The notes under the pieces are model-generated. The model made no database searches. It was not told where the DNA came from and worked only from the letters and a program-made list of their open reading frames with translations. Positions 12,300-24,842 of a stretch of 64,000 bases of DNA are shown in pieces (positions within the stretch are counted from its first letter, which is position 1; each line of letters begins with the position of its first letter). The translations under genes and the position numbers were made by a program. Source of the DNA: Klebsormidium nitens (lineage: Eukaryota; Plantae; Klebsormidiophyceae); NCBI GenBank assembly GCA_000708835.1, contig DF236985.1, forward strand, positions 62,001 through 126,000, given 5' to 3'.

Positions 12300-14310
12300 A
12301 GCGAGGATCCTTGATCTTCTGGATCATGCTCCCAACCGTATGCGGTTCTTAGCGTCTCTGGATCCACTTTAACTGCAGAGCTGCTCCAGGCTCTTAAGTT
12401 TCTTCCATGCTCCAGGAGAAGCACTCAAACCAGGTTCTCCACGAGATGGAGCTTCCTGAAAAGGAAAAGAAAAATGGTTTGTCCAGGGAACTACTGCAGG
12501 ATACCTATTCCTGATGCAGTCATCTGTTTAAGGCGAGTTCACCTGTTCGTAGCAGCATGCTTAGGACCTGCTGAAAAGAACCGCTGTATGTTTGCCTTGC
12601 CTATTCTGCTAGAGCACAATCTTTGATCCAGACTTGTGTGGTTTATCAGCAGTTTGGATTTCTGCACAAGACCTAGTAACAGACCCTTGCAATCTTCGAG
12701 GTCAACGTTCCTCTCAATAACGGATGTCATAATTGACACCTTTTATCGGATGCAGCATGTTCACCAGCAGGGAAGGGTCTCCTTACTTTGATGCTTTCTC
12801 CAACTTTTGCACTTCCGGTGGCTGGCTTTGATTCCTTTAGGCACCCAAACTACGATATAGGTTCTGAAAAATTCGTGATCGAAGCAGGTAAATCCTTACA
12901 TTCTCATCAATCCGGACACCATGATCAGTTTCAAGCTTCCTGCCCTCTACAATCCGAAAACATAAATCCTCTTTTCCAACAACCTTTGCAACTCAATCCT
13001 TCTTGCATAGCAAAGCTTGGCACCTGGAGCCAACTTTTCCTTGTTAAACCCCAGGGCCTTCATGAGTTTGTCTAGTCTCTAGCTGAATCTCGTCTTGATT
13101 TGTTATCAAGGACCACATGGTAACCATCATGTAGTTGTGCCTGATTGGGAGCAGAGTCAGGTCTGAAGGCTGAAGGTTCAGCTGTCTTGCAAACTCGCCA
13201 ATCCACAAGAAGGATGTCCAGAATATCATAACCAACTTCAGAGGCTCCCAGATGTAAATAGCAGAAAATGACTTCGCAGGAATTGTAAGGCTTGCTCAGA
13301 GTTTCCTTGGTTGAAGAGTTTCTCATAGAGAAAAATCTCTGGGACGAAGCACTTCTAGTTTTCAAGACCAGCGCTTCGAGAAGAATCTTCGCGCATGGTC
13401 ACATGACTGCTCACCTTCTAATCAAGAGCTGTGTTTTGCGGCACTCTTCTGTCCAGGGGCGTTTTCTTCGTGGATCAGCGTATACGTGTTTCTGCACGCC
13501 ATCTCAGGTTCTCGACATCTGGTTGCGCCAACCCAGAAGTCTGCGCAGGTTCTCTCATATACCTTCAAACATGACCGCCCATGGCTCAGATGCGCCTCCT
13601 CTTACAGCTGCGCTTTCAAAGACCTGGAAAAGTCTGATCATGAAGAGACGGCGCTATGCTTCGTTGCTGTTGGAGCCGAACTGGTCTAAAACAAAGAGGA
13701 AGCCAGCTCACACTGCACCGTAGTCGGCTTCAAGAAAGACTTGGAACTTCGAAGCCGAAGGGCCCAGTCGTGACGAAAAAGTTACGTCGACTTTTTTTCG
13801 CCCTTCCCGCCTTGCTCGACTTTGTCGTTGTGACAATGCATGATCGTCTGAGCTACGTATGTATAGGACTTGATTCGAAGCAAACCTGAGCATCCGAGAC
13901 ACGGTCGCTGCGGACTCCCGCATGTGGTCACGACCACTGGGCGACCGACAAGAGGCGTTGGGAGCTTCGGAGTCGCCAAGCCGGCGTACTGGAGCCCCGC
14001 CCAGTCCCGCCCGACGGTTGCCAAAAGTAGTTAGTAGTAATCCTGCTTGACAGGGCTGCACCTGCCAGCAGCACAGAGAAGTTTTTCTGCAGTCCTTGCT
14101 TCCTTTCCAACTGCAGCTTGAAAGCTGGCCGATCCGACCGTTTGCTTGCCTCAACATCGTCCCAATGTAGGGCGGAGCCAGGCGGAGCGGCATATCATCA
14201 CACGCGTAGAAAAGTTTGACTATAGAAAAGGTGCTCCAGCTAGTGGCACAGGCTGTGCAGACATGATCCTTTAGCTTCCTTTTCCAACACGCCGCAGTCA
14301 CATGTATCAT
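12300..14310 (-). pseudogene. Probable decayed coding sequence of unknown family
   Basis: Protein-like frames bounded by plausible AG/GT sites but broken by stops, e.g. SLKAQL*EEAHLSHGRSCLKVYERTCADFW..KHSS*LE (~13625-13413) and LDKLMKALGFNKEKLAPGAKLCYARRIELQRLLEKRIYVFGL*. No family was recognised. Confidence 0.3.
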
Positions 14311-17300
14311 TGGCTAAGTGATCATGGCATACTATACAGTATCTTCTAGATGAGTCTGTTACTTTGGAAGGGATCGTTGCTCAAAAATGATGTACAAGGT
14401 TCCCTTTTACTTGGAGAGGTCATGATGTTGCAGTGTCGGCAGTTGGGCACGTTTTGTGAAGCTTTAGCTTTTTTTTTCTTTTTCTTTTGAAATTAATCTT
14501 CTAGCGCTATGCCTTCTAGCGTGTGTGCAAGTCCGAGATGTAAGTGATTAGACACACTTCAACTGCAATGTACAGACGAAGACAATGGATGATACTTGCA
14601 GTTTATGATGCAATATATAAAAATACAAGATCGTGAAATGTTTCTAGCAGACAGACCTAGCTACTGGGAACGATCAAATCGAGAAATTGGAAACAGCTTG
14701 TTTGTGTCGATCAGAATGAAGGTAGCGATTGTGAATTGATAATCAATATCTAACATGAGATTGTATCAGTAGGCACTCGAATGCGAAATACATGTTTTGA
14801 TGCATTTAAAGCCCATGTATTGATAGAAACAAACTTCACTATTAAGGTTGAAGAGCAACAGTGCATTTTGGCGATTGCTGAGGTTTTGCACACGAATCTC
14901 ATATACTTCCAGAGCTGAAGTAAGTATGGAATTACATAAATACCTGCCGATGATGCGAACAAGAATTGAGCATTAACTGACACGTACGACTTGTCTCCCT
15001 CATGTGTATCTTTCAAAACGTACAACCTGAGAAAAAAGAAAACAATCGAGTATTCACTGAAGGCTTCGACAGATTGTGTAGAGACTATCAACAAAGGCGT
15101 TATATATAAGACGTTTCTGTAGTCCAGTTAACTTTAAGCTGCCAAATCCATCAGTCCTTCTACTTAATTCCGTGCGCGCGCGCGAGCCTTCTAAGCTTTT
15201 TGTCCGAAAGGCTAAGAATGCTTTCAATCCTTCTCGTCTTCATTTTGTACTTAATCATCTATTCGACAGAAAATCAGCCCGATAAACACATCCAACTCCT
15301 AAGTTTGTCCTGATGACATCGTCCTATTCTGCTGGTCCGGAATCCTGCAATCAGCAATGTGAGCTGTCAGACTTTGTGCAACAAATGTCAAACAGAGGTG
15401 CAACCAAAACCATGAATGTAGTGGCAGTTGGCGAAGCACTGTAACCTTTTCTCGTCGAATCAAAGTCTATACAAGGAATGAACAGATCCGTCTCCCAGAG
15501 CATTTGGTCAAGGAATATCACCAAAGTGCAGAAACAAAGAACTAGAACACACCTTAAGGAGATTAAATAACGGCTGTGCCCCGTCGTCCCATTCGCCGTC
15601 TGCCTGTGCAGCATCTGCAGCATAGGATGTCACCAATGCAGTCGATGATGCCCATGATCAGTGCGCCGATGCCATTCCAGATGGATCTGCAAGAGGATAA
15701 AACAAACATCAATCACTTGGTGGCACCGATTGGAGAAGTGCATTGTTTATGGGGCCTGACAAGCTGCTGTCAGCCAACGTGAAAGCTTTGTTGCTGCCTT
15801 CACATGCACTTCTTGCCTTTGCTACAGTTCTTCTGTTCATTGCTTCCCAAAGACTTCCCAAGGTTTCAACTAGTACTATGCTCATCAAATATATTCCACT
15901 TACCAAGAAGCGTGGAATCAATAACCGTGTCTTGTTACAATTTTCCAACTGACAATTGGTTGACAAAAGGCTGAAGGAACTCTTTTACCCAGATTTGAGT
16001 TCTCAGTAAGGCTATAACATGGTCACACCAAGACTTTTACGCGAAGTCAAAGCAATGTGATTTGTTTTAGAGGTACTCCTAGGAGTACTCCTGTGAATCT
16101 TTGCAAACAGGGGCCAAACATAGTTGGTAAAAATGATGCACTACCATTTACCCCCAGTTGCAGAGACCATGCACCCTCTTGACCATCTTTCAGGTTTCTT
16201 TAACTGGAACATTCTAATACTGGACAGATATCACCACCAGCCTTTTCAATAGAGGTAACAACCTTAAAGGAAGCTCAACCTTTATCAAGCTCGTAGATCC
16301 TTTGGCAGAGAGGTCAGAGAAGGAGAGTGAAACATAAGAATAGGCGGCTCCCCATAGGTTGAAGGTAAAGAATGAGGGACAAGAGGACAGGCCTGGGGTC
16401 CACTTACGAGCAGCAGTTGCCAATGCCATACCAGATGTCAGCGATGCACTTGGCGAAACCAGACCAGCAAGCGCCCATGATGCCTGAGAGTATGCGAGCC
16501 CTCTAGCGAAGCTTGACGAATCAGGTGCGGTGTCCTTGATACTTATAGCTCCCCTGCTTGCACAATAACTCTCCTGTTGGGCGGCCTGCAAACTGCACAA
16601 GTTGCTTGACGGGTGTAAGGGAGCGTATTTGTGAAACCGACTTTGCTGGAATGACGAGGTCAGCAAGCAGGACTTTTATAACAAAGAAGCAAAGTTTCTG
16701 AGGCAGCTCAATGCGCCAAGTCCGGCTTCGACGAGTCCTGAAGCAACTTTCTCCCAACTCCTGCAGCGCGCTGCTGCTGCAGACACCGAGAAAGAGAGAA
16801 AGGAGGAGGCCCGGGACCCCTTTGATGACTAGTTGCCAGTTGGCAATGTCGCAAGGTTGACACCTGGCACTGAAGTCGCATATGACAGGTTACAGATAGG
16901 CTTGGGTGCCCAGCTGTCATGTTTTGAAAGCTGCCACCTGGCAGCAGGACGGAGCGACGTATGCATCAAAAGTACACTGCGTACCGTTGCTCGCTGGCGT
17001 TGTCCGCGCGCGTGGCCGCCGGTCACACTGCGAGTCCTCGGACTCGACGGTTGGCATCGGACTCCTCTCAGTGCGCGCAACTGCGCGCAGCGCGACCCTT
17101 GCGATTGGCCAACGGTGTCACATGGGCAGGGTTCTGTGCACCGATTGAGCTCTCTAAAATCCAAAGCTTATTCAGAAACAGGTTCACAATGCCCACAATC
17201 GTCGTGCAAAATAGAGTTCTGGTTCTACACTCTACCTCTAGATTAAGCTGTTGACCAGATTCCACGGCGCACAAATCACGTGGCTATCTTCTGCCAATAG

Positions 17301-18752
17301 TACGTACCGTCATGGCGCCAGAATCCATGAGCATGCGTCAAATTCAATCTTGAATGTTCGTTGTTTTATGCAGCGTTTTGAAGATTTGGGAAGGGAGGCC
17401 TTAATAATACAGCATTTTCGGGGCAAGCTGTAAAAGGCTAAAGCTGACCAAGCTTCCAAAGTTGCAAAGTTTTCATTAGCATATTCTCCGACGCAGCTGC
17501 AAGGTGGCGCATAAGTACGTCTCGTTGTTTGGAGAACAATTGGAAATAAGATCTGTAGAAGGTAGATATGCTGATTCAGTTTTTTGAGGGGCGCGTGTAA
17601 CCATGAACTGCCATGCTGTAGTGCCCCATTTGAGCGCGCCAGCATTGGTTGAATCTAGGATTGCAGGCGGACCTAGTACTACAGGTCTATGTAGCACCAG
17701 CCAACCTGCGGGAGACAGATCTTCATTCTTCCAACCTCCAGCTGTCAGTCGCAAGCAGCGTGTGAAACAGCCAAAAGCTGTCCCGTACGTTGGCGACCAT
17801 GACACTAATCAGTCTCCTTCCATCTCAGGGAGAACCGAGACTCAGAGGTACAGATCTCAGACTGAACCAAATGTTTTGGGAGCAAGGAAGACGAAGCAAC
17901 ACAGAGCGAGAAACGGCGCTCGGCGAGCTACTGCTGTAGATGTGGCAACGGAGGAGCCAACGGAGGAAGATCGAACTCCACAGAGGCGGCGGTAAGAATC
18001 CTCATACAGCTATCTGACGTTTCCTTGGACTTGTATCTGTTGACAAGGATCAGAAGCTGCGAGCTGAGAAGCTGCAAGCCAAATCATTGATCTTCTCAGA
18101 TCGCGGTATCAGACATACAGCATTGCTTGAAAAGATGGTACATGAAGATCCGGCAAGCAGAATCCTTCAGCTGTCAACAGAACGGCACACTGTCTTGCTG
18201 AGCCAAAGTTGACCGCTAGTACGATTGTTTACGTCCGAAGCATCTTGTTCCAGGGCTTCAGCCAAAATCAATTGTCGCATCCTTTTTTCAACAAGGGCCT
18301 TGAGAGGTCTGTGTCCAGATCGTTCCGATCGGTGATTTTGCTCCATTTTTTACAAGGATCTACATGCAATAGCCTCAAAAATCACTCTAGAGTGGTGAAT
18401 TTGGGGAGTTTGTACAAGCGATACACATTTGTGATTATTGGATAACGCGCTAGTGAAGAATGTCCTGTGGGCATGCATGATTGCCACTGTGATTGATGCT
18501 GGTTGTTGACCACCTTAATGATCAGTTTTGTAAGATCCCTTCAGCCTCAAGAAACCTTTGCGCGCTTAGTGGTACGAAGTGTGCTTCGCCATCAAACGGT
18601 TCTACCGTCAGCGCTTCACTTGTGCTGCAGCAAGTGCAGGGCTTTGCAACCAGGTCAAATACTTTTATCCGGCCTGATTGAGAAGCCTCCAGTGGGAATG
18701 GCTGCAATGATTGTGCACTCCTCTTCCATATTTCTCTCTGATCTCCCCTGTA

Positions 18753-21700
18753 GCAGGAGTGCCGCACATTGATCCCCTACCGGAGAGGTGTTTCCGCTTG
18801 CCCTCGAGCAAGACTCCTTGATCTCGCGGGTATTGTATAATTGCGCAAATCGTTTGCCAGGTACAATCTGATGGACGATGTGGGACCGAATCCGCTGGTG
18901 CTCGAGGCGCAGGGCAAAGTGTGCACAGGGCCAACCCAGACGCGGCCGTTAGATGAGGAGCAGTGTCGGGCCGTGCTTGATGCAATCATTAGATCAGGTG
19001 GGTGCATTCAAATCAGTCAATGGTACGGTGATGATCAGAGCTGCCACGTGAGGTTCCGTTGTTCCTATTGTGGGGCGTTGAGTTGAACTCGCAGCTTCAT
19101 CCATGCCTCCACTTCATTTGGTAGCTGCGCAGATTGGTTTGCAATTGTCATCAGGCATACATTTTCGACGTTTTTCCAAGCTCCCAGAACTGGAAATTGG
19201 AAGTCTGCAAGAAGACAAATAGAACATGTACACCAGATAGGTCGGAAGAGATTAGGCTTGCGAATTCTGCCCCTTTCTTTCCATTCAGCAAAGGGCGAGC
19301 TCCCACTTGAAGAGCGCGTATCGCTCGCCCAAATGGGCGCCTTCTTCGGGGCCATGACGCTGCGCGCTGAGACGTTCCCTCCACCAACGCAATGGTCCGA
19401 GGGCGAGAAGCGCGCGATGGCGGAAAAGTGGCCTGAGCTCCAAAAAGTCCTGCCCCCAGAAGTCCAGTTCTTAGCGGATCCTGAGGGAACGCTGCTGGAA
19501 GGCTTGAGCCCTGTGGGGCCTGGTTACACTGGGCACTCGGGCAGGGCGGAGGAGCGGCTGGTGGGCGATCTGAGGGAGGTGAGAATAAGCCCTGTTCTTG
19601 AGGAGACTACTCTACTGGACAAGTGTTGGAGGGTGTATTCACCCTTGATGTTCACAATTCGCCTGGATGACTGAAGCGTTTGCAGGTGCTTACGACAGGT
19701 GAACACATATTCAGCATCGAAGAACCTAACTTAGCGTGTTCGGGTGCATCATAAGGTTGTTTTGCTGCAAGATTGCCATTCAAAGCTGCGGCAGGTGCGT
19801 GTACACTTGAATCGTAGGGCTTTCCGTTAAGGGGGTCGGGAGCACATCCATACGAGTTGGTTGCCCGCGAGGTATTTTTGAAAAGATTACTCCGATTGGT
19901 TCGCTCATCAGCACTAACATCCAACTTCGTTGGGTGATGTTCAAAAACTTCCGCATATCTTCTTAAGACTTTCACTTCAGAGTTCCTGAAGGTACTCGAC
20001 TGACCAGACCAGCCTGCCTTCGACTGTCCTCTCGTTCAAGTCCCCCAAGAATACAAGGAGTCGAGTGCGTTACAACTTCTGACTGACGCACAGTTGATCT
20101 CCTCTGAACTTCGTATCTCTGAAGGTCAAGTACTTAACCAGAACCTTCTTTTGAACCCCCAGATCCTATCGGGCGAGCACCTGGGGTACGAGGAACTCTG
20201 TGGGCTGTTGCGGGAGATTCTGCCGCTCGATCACGGGCATGCTGGTTTTGAAGGTTCCGGCCGGGAGGGCTTTGGGGAGGAGGGGTCTGTCAGCGACGCA
20301 CTGGTGGCCGCGTTTCTGATCTGCCAACGGATGAACAAGGAGACGGCGCGGGAGTTGAAGGCGTATAATTTGGCACTGGATGACGATGTTGGTAAGCTTT
20401 CGTGCCTTTTGAGGTTCTGATGTTGTGCCGGCAGAGTAGGTTTGCGGAGGAGACCTGAGGCCGCGTGTCTGATTCGCCAAGTGGACGAAGAAGAAGACCG
20501 AGTGATAGGAAGGCGTATGATCGGCTGTGGATGTCAAGGTTGGTAAGGAATCGTGTTCTTCTGCTCGGGGTTACAGTGATACGAGGGGTTGGGTGGAGAA
20601 TCTTTTGAGTCAGTCAGCACGCTCTGCCGGTTGCAATTAAGATCTGCCAGCCAACCATTAAGGAAACAACTGCAGGCGTAAAATGGCCCTACTGGAAGAC
20701 AAGTAGTGACTGGTTTCTTGACCTGGAGATGTCAGGGAGATGAGTCTGCGGTTAATCTCATTTGAAAACCCCGTACAGCGGTGCGATACGCGGTTGCAAT
20801 TATCTCTCCGCCCACACTCTTGGCTTGGGCCCTGTTCGTCACCGTTAGTAGCGCACTAAATGTTCAAATTTCTTACTCTGGTTCAGACATTCGTTGTCTG
20901 TTCTAAGCAGGCTAAGCCGCTTCGTAACAGCATTGAGTACATTGAAACTGGATCTAACATCCGGTTGGTCTTACCACTTCGTTTGAACATGTCCGCAGGC
21001 CAGCCCCCCGTCGCGGACGTCCGGTCGCTGACGCACTACGGGGAGCCGTACGACGGGAACACGCGGTTCATGCGGAGCACGCTGTTCGTCATGGCCGTCC
21101 GCGCCAGCTACGGCGAGGCGGGGCTACTGCACGGGATTGATTACATGCCGCCGAAGGTGCGCTTGCATTTGAATTCTCGACTCTGTGAAAGGCGTCTTGA
21201 AGGCGAGATTTTCCAGTCTGGTGCGGACGCGCCAGCTACGGCGAGGCGGGGCTACTGCACGGGATTGATTACATGCCGCCCAAGGTGCGCTTGCATTTGA
21301 ATTCTCGACTCTGTCAAAGGCGTCTTGAAGGCAAGATTTTCCAGTCTGGTGCGGACGCGCCAGCTACGGCGAGGCGGGGCTACTGCACGGGATTGATTAC
21401 ATGCCGCCGAAGGTGCGCCGCTTCTGATTTCTTGACTCTTTGGAAGGCTCTTTGAGGGCGGAATAGCGAAGTTTCGTGCGTGCGCGCCCACAATGGCGAG
21501 CCGGGCTACGGCACGGAGTCCATTACACCCCGCCTAAGGTATGCCGGTGTTGGATCTTGAAGATTGGACTGTGGAAGTCGAATTTTGGTACTGCGAGGAG
21601 GGTAGGACCACATAAAACGAGGAACAGGAGTCCGGCAGAAGTCGTCTTTCTTCTGGCACAAGGGTTGGACTTCCTGACTTGAGCATGTTTTGATACGTGG

Positions 21701-24700
21701 CCGTCCGTTGGCTGCGGTGACCGAAAATTTATGATTGTGATTTCGTATGGTCAACTGGCCGACATGAATTACGTGCCTGTTGCTTCAGGCACGCACATTT
21801 TGCATCCCGAGTCTGCGGTCCTTTTATCTTGTTGTTATCTTATTCTGATTTGGAACACGAAGAGCACTTTCAGATGGCGTGGCACCTTAACGCAAATCCA
21901 GGTGTCGCTTAGGTACGGTAACTGGTCCAGACCGCAACCCCCGGAAAGCCTGTCCGGGCTTCCTCTCTTTGAAAAAATAGAAGTTATGCATGCCCTCCGT
22001 AGTCTCTAATCAAGAGTCGATCAGCCCAACTCTGGTTTAAGATATGAAGATGCAGTGCTTAAAGTTGACCCGTGTCTAACCAGATGGGCGTCACCGAGGA
22101 GCGCATGCTGCGGCATCTAGGCGCGGCAACCACGCTGCGCGCGCCCGCGGCGGTGACGCTTCTGGAAGACGAGCGGGTGGCCTTTGCTTACCTCAGCCAG
22201 CGGGAGGTGCAGCCGTCAGCCTACTCGCTCAACGACATGCGGTTGCACATTAAGAAGCGGCCGCCGTTTGCGACCACGGAGAAGGTGCAACGCTTTGTAC
22301 AGGTGAGGAGATCTCTTTCTGGCCGGCTCTTCTCGTACAGAGGATTTTACAAATTTGGGTGGGCTGTGGAACGAAGTAGTCTGATTCTTGAGGGGCTGCT
22401 CTTTGCGTTTGGTCAGAGATGTGACGGCAAGGGCAGCTTCGGAAGGGTTCTGGTGGCTCTTCGAACGAAAAAGAGAATCTCCCAGATCTTGATACGCGGA
22501 GAAGGCAAGCGGTTCGTGCAGGTCGAGAAGTTTTTGGGGGCCCCGCTTCTCGAGCCGAGGTAATTTTACTGGGTTTGGCTGGCTCGTCCTACGTAGTTTA
22601 TCCATTGAGATCAGAATGCTCTGAGTGGCTCTCGTATCAATGGGCTTTTGAGCTGGGGCTTTGGGTCTTGCAGTGGATGCTGGACTCTAGGCTAGGGAAG
22701 GTTTATAGTTTTCTGTACAGGGAACGAATCATCGCTTTTTACCAAAGCATACTTGATGAACATCCTGTTATTCTCAAGGGACGACTCGGGGACGAGAGCC
22801 AGCGGTGCGGATGGAATAAGATACAGATGCCCTTCCCGTACGCTCAAAATAATGCAAAGAAAAGGGCCTGAAGCCTCTGATTTTAGTGCTCTTTGTTCCA
22901 AGTGACATTAGGCACTCCGGACGTTTGTGCACTTTGGCGGCATACGTTCAGGGTGACTCTGGTCGACCTCGCGTTCTCTGCATTTTTTGGGAAGCATATG
23001 TTATGCGAGTCGGATATGCGGTCGCACCTTTCGTTTCTAAGTTCACTTTGGCCGAAGCGCCATCCCAGGTGTCGTAAGTTCAAATTCGACGATCTTGAGA
23101 TAGCTCCAGGTTTGGCCTAAAGACTTGGAAGTTGTTTTCTCTCTCAGGCCAAAGGCGCATACAACATCCGGAGGCGGAATAGAGGTCGAGCGGCAAATTT
23201 TGAAGCGTGAGAATGCCGATCGAGGCGTTCAAAATTGCATGCTTTTCAAGCAGAGGTTGTGATCAGCGGTTCTCTACGCTTTTGCAGGCCACTGGACGAG
23301 AGGCGATGGTGGCTGGGTACTACCACGAGGGTTACGAGGAGCCGCTGCTAATGCTCATACGCAGGAGGGGAGTCGACGCAGGGATGGTGGTCAAGGTACA
23401 CCCGCAGTCTTGGTATCCGTCAGAAAGCACCATCACTCATAGGCTGGACTGGTTTTGAGCCACCAGATGATTATCGCTGTTTTGGGAAACAGGCGCGCGG
23501 GAGTCAGCTACTGAATGTCGGCCCTCGCTCTATCGATGGTTGACTTGACTTCCACCAGATTTGAATGCATTGACGTTCAGCAACCCTGAAGCTGCTTTAG
23601 GTTCTTCCGACTGCCCCTGCCGTAACGGCGTTGATTGTATTTTTACTTTTGCGAGCCCCTCAAGTTCCAGAGGCATGTCTCGGTTATATAAAGAAATCTT
23701 GACATCTCTGCGCTGAACTGTAGTGCAACTGGCGGGATAGGCACGGTGTCCCCGTACAGAGAGGGCACTTCTATTTCAATTATCAAGCTCACAATGAAAA
23801 CGGCGAGCTCTTATTGTGCTTTTCGATTCCGCAGGGCGAAGAGGGCGCGGTTTCGTTAACGACCAAGTCACGCTCCCCCGACTCGGGTGGAGGCCCCGGG
23901 GAACGCAAGCTGCAAGCCGTGAACCACGTGTCAGGATTCCGCCCGGTTGATGACGTTCCGGGGGAGCTTTTGCACCGGGAGCCTTTCACACTGGATGTGG
24001 AAGCGGAGCGGTTTGGATTCAAGTCGACGGCGACCCCGCGAACGGACAGATCGGTGAGCATGTCGCCGAGCTTTCGACAGGGTGTGCATCTGCCAGGAAA
24101 CGCGATTGCGGGTGTCAGCTTCCGAATTTTCGAATTCAAGCGGACGTGATGTTTGTGAGGAAACAGATTGTGTGGGTGTACTCACTGAGCGGAGATAGGA
24201 ATACCATTCTTTCCGATTTGGGGGCGGCTTAATGAGGGTCGGCTTTAGAAGGACGGCGCGGACGCGAACTGGAGGTTCGGATACTGCTCCCATCATGCAT
24301 ACGTTTTTTGGTCTCAGAAGCTTTGGATCCTTGAAGTGGGCGATAGCGACTTTGAGAGGACATGTTCCTGCCGCTCGGATGTGCAGAAAGGTAGCGTTTT
24401 ACTCCTCCCAAAAGCCACGAAGTCAACAGGGATAGTTTGAGGTCTTCAGTGTCGACGAGCCGACACGCGCAGAAGGAGGTCGGAGAAGGTGAGAAGCCAA
24501 GAAAGAAGATGCCAAGGACAAGCGAGAATCCAAGTCAGCATCCTGAAGCAGAAACGGAGAGTGAGGAGTTGCTTGAAGTCTAAAGATATTCTGAGTAACA
24601 CCCTGCGTCCCCTTCTTCAGGCGGCCAAGAACGTGGAACTAGGTATGGCGGCTCTGCGAGGCGAGAAAGGCCCTGCGTACGACCGGATCGTCTTCAACGC

Positions 24701-24842
24701 CGCTATGCAGGACCACCTCCTGGGCTGCAACGGGGCCTCCGATCCGATGGTCGCGATTGAAAGGGCAAAGGATGCAATTGACAGCGGGGCCGCGCTCCAA
24801 AGACTGGAAAACTATGTCCGCCTTAGCCACAAGTTACTGTAA
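18753..24842 (+). CDS. Anthranilate phosphoribosyltransferase-like (glycosyltransferase family 3, TrpD/YbiB-like) protein; N-terminal exon(s) not resolved
   Basis: In-frame exons: GPNPLVLEAQGKVCTGPTQTRPL..RS|AKGELP..LAQMGAFFGAMTLRA..QWSEGEKRAM; ILSGEHLG..AAFLICQRMNKET; HYGEPYDGNTRFMRSTLFV..HGIDYMPPK (ends 21156); MGVTEERML..KKRPPFATTEKVQ (from 22085); GYYHEGYEEPLL; GEEGAVSLTTK; AYDRIVFNAAMQDHLLGC..ENYVRLSHKLL* (stop 24840-24842). Resembles the plant non-canonical AnPRT-like family (recalled, not searched). Confidence 0.85.
21101..21545 (+). repeat. 128-bp tandem duplication of an exon 3' end plus donor site: three near-identical donor-bearing copies and one diverged copy
   Basis: GCGCCAGCTACGGCGAGG.. 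starts at 21101, 21229 and 21357. AAG|GT donors lie at 21157, 21285, 21413 and (diverged) 21539. Confidence 0.95.

Noticed and set aside
19652-19975. Antisense 107-aa ORF nested in an intron of the TrpD-like gene
   Set aside because: No ATG start, no recognisable motif, and a length compatible with chance.
21101-21545. CRISPR-like interpretation of the 128-bp array (also considered for the 21-bp array at 26708-26875)
   Set aside because: No unique spacers, no cas genes, eukaryotic context; the units are copies of host exon sequence.
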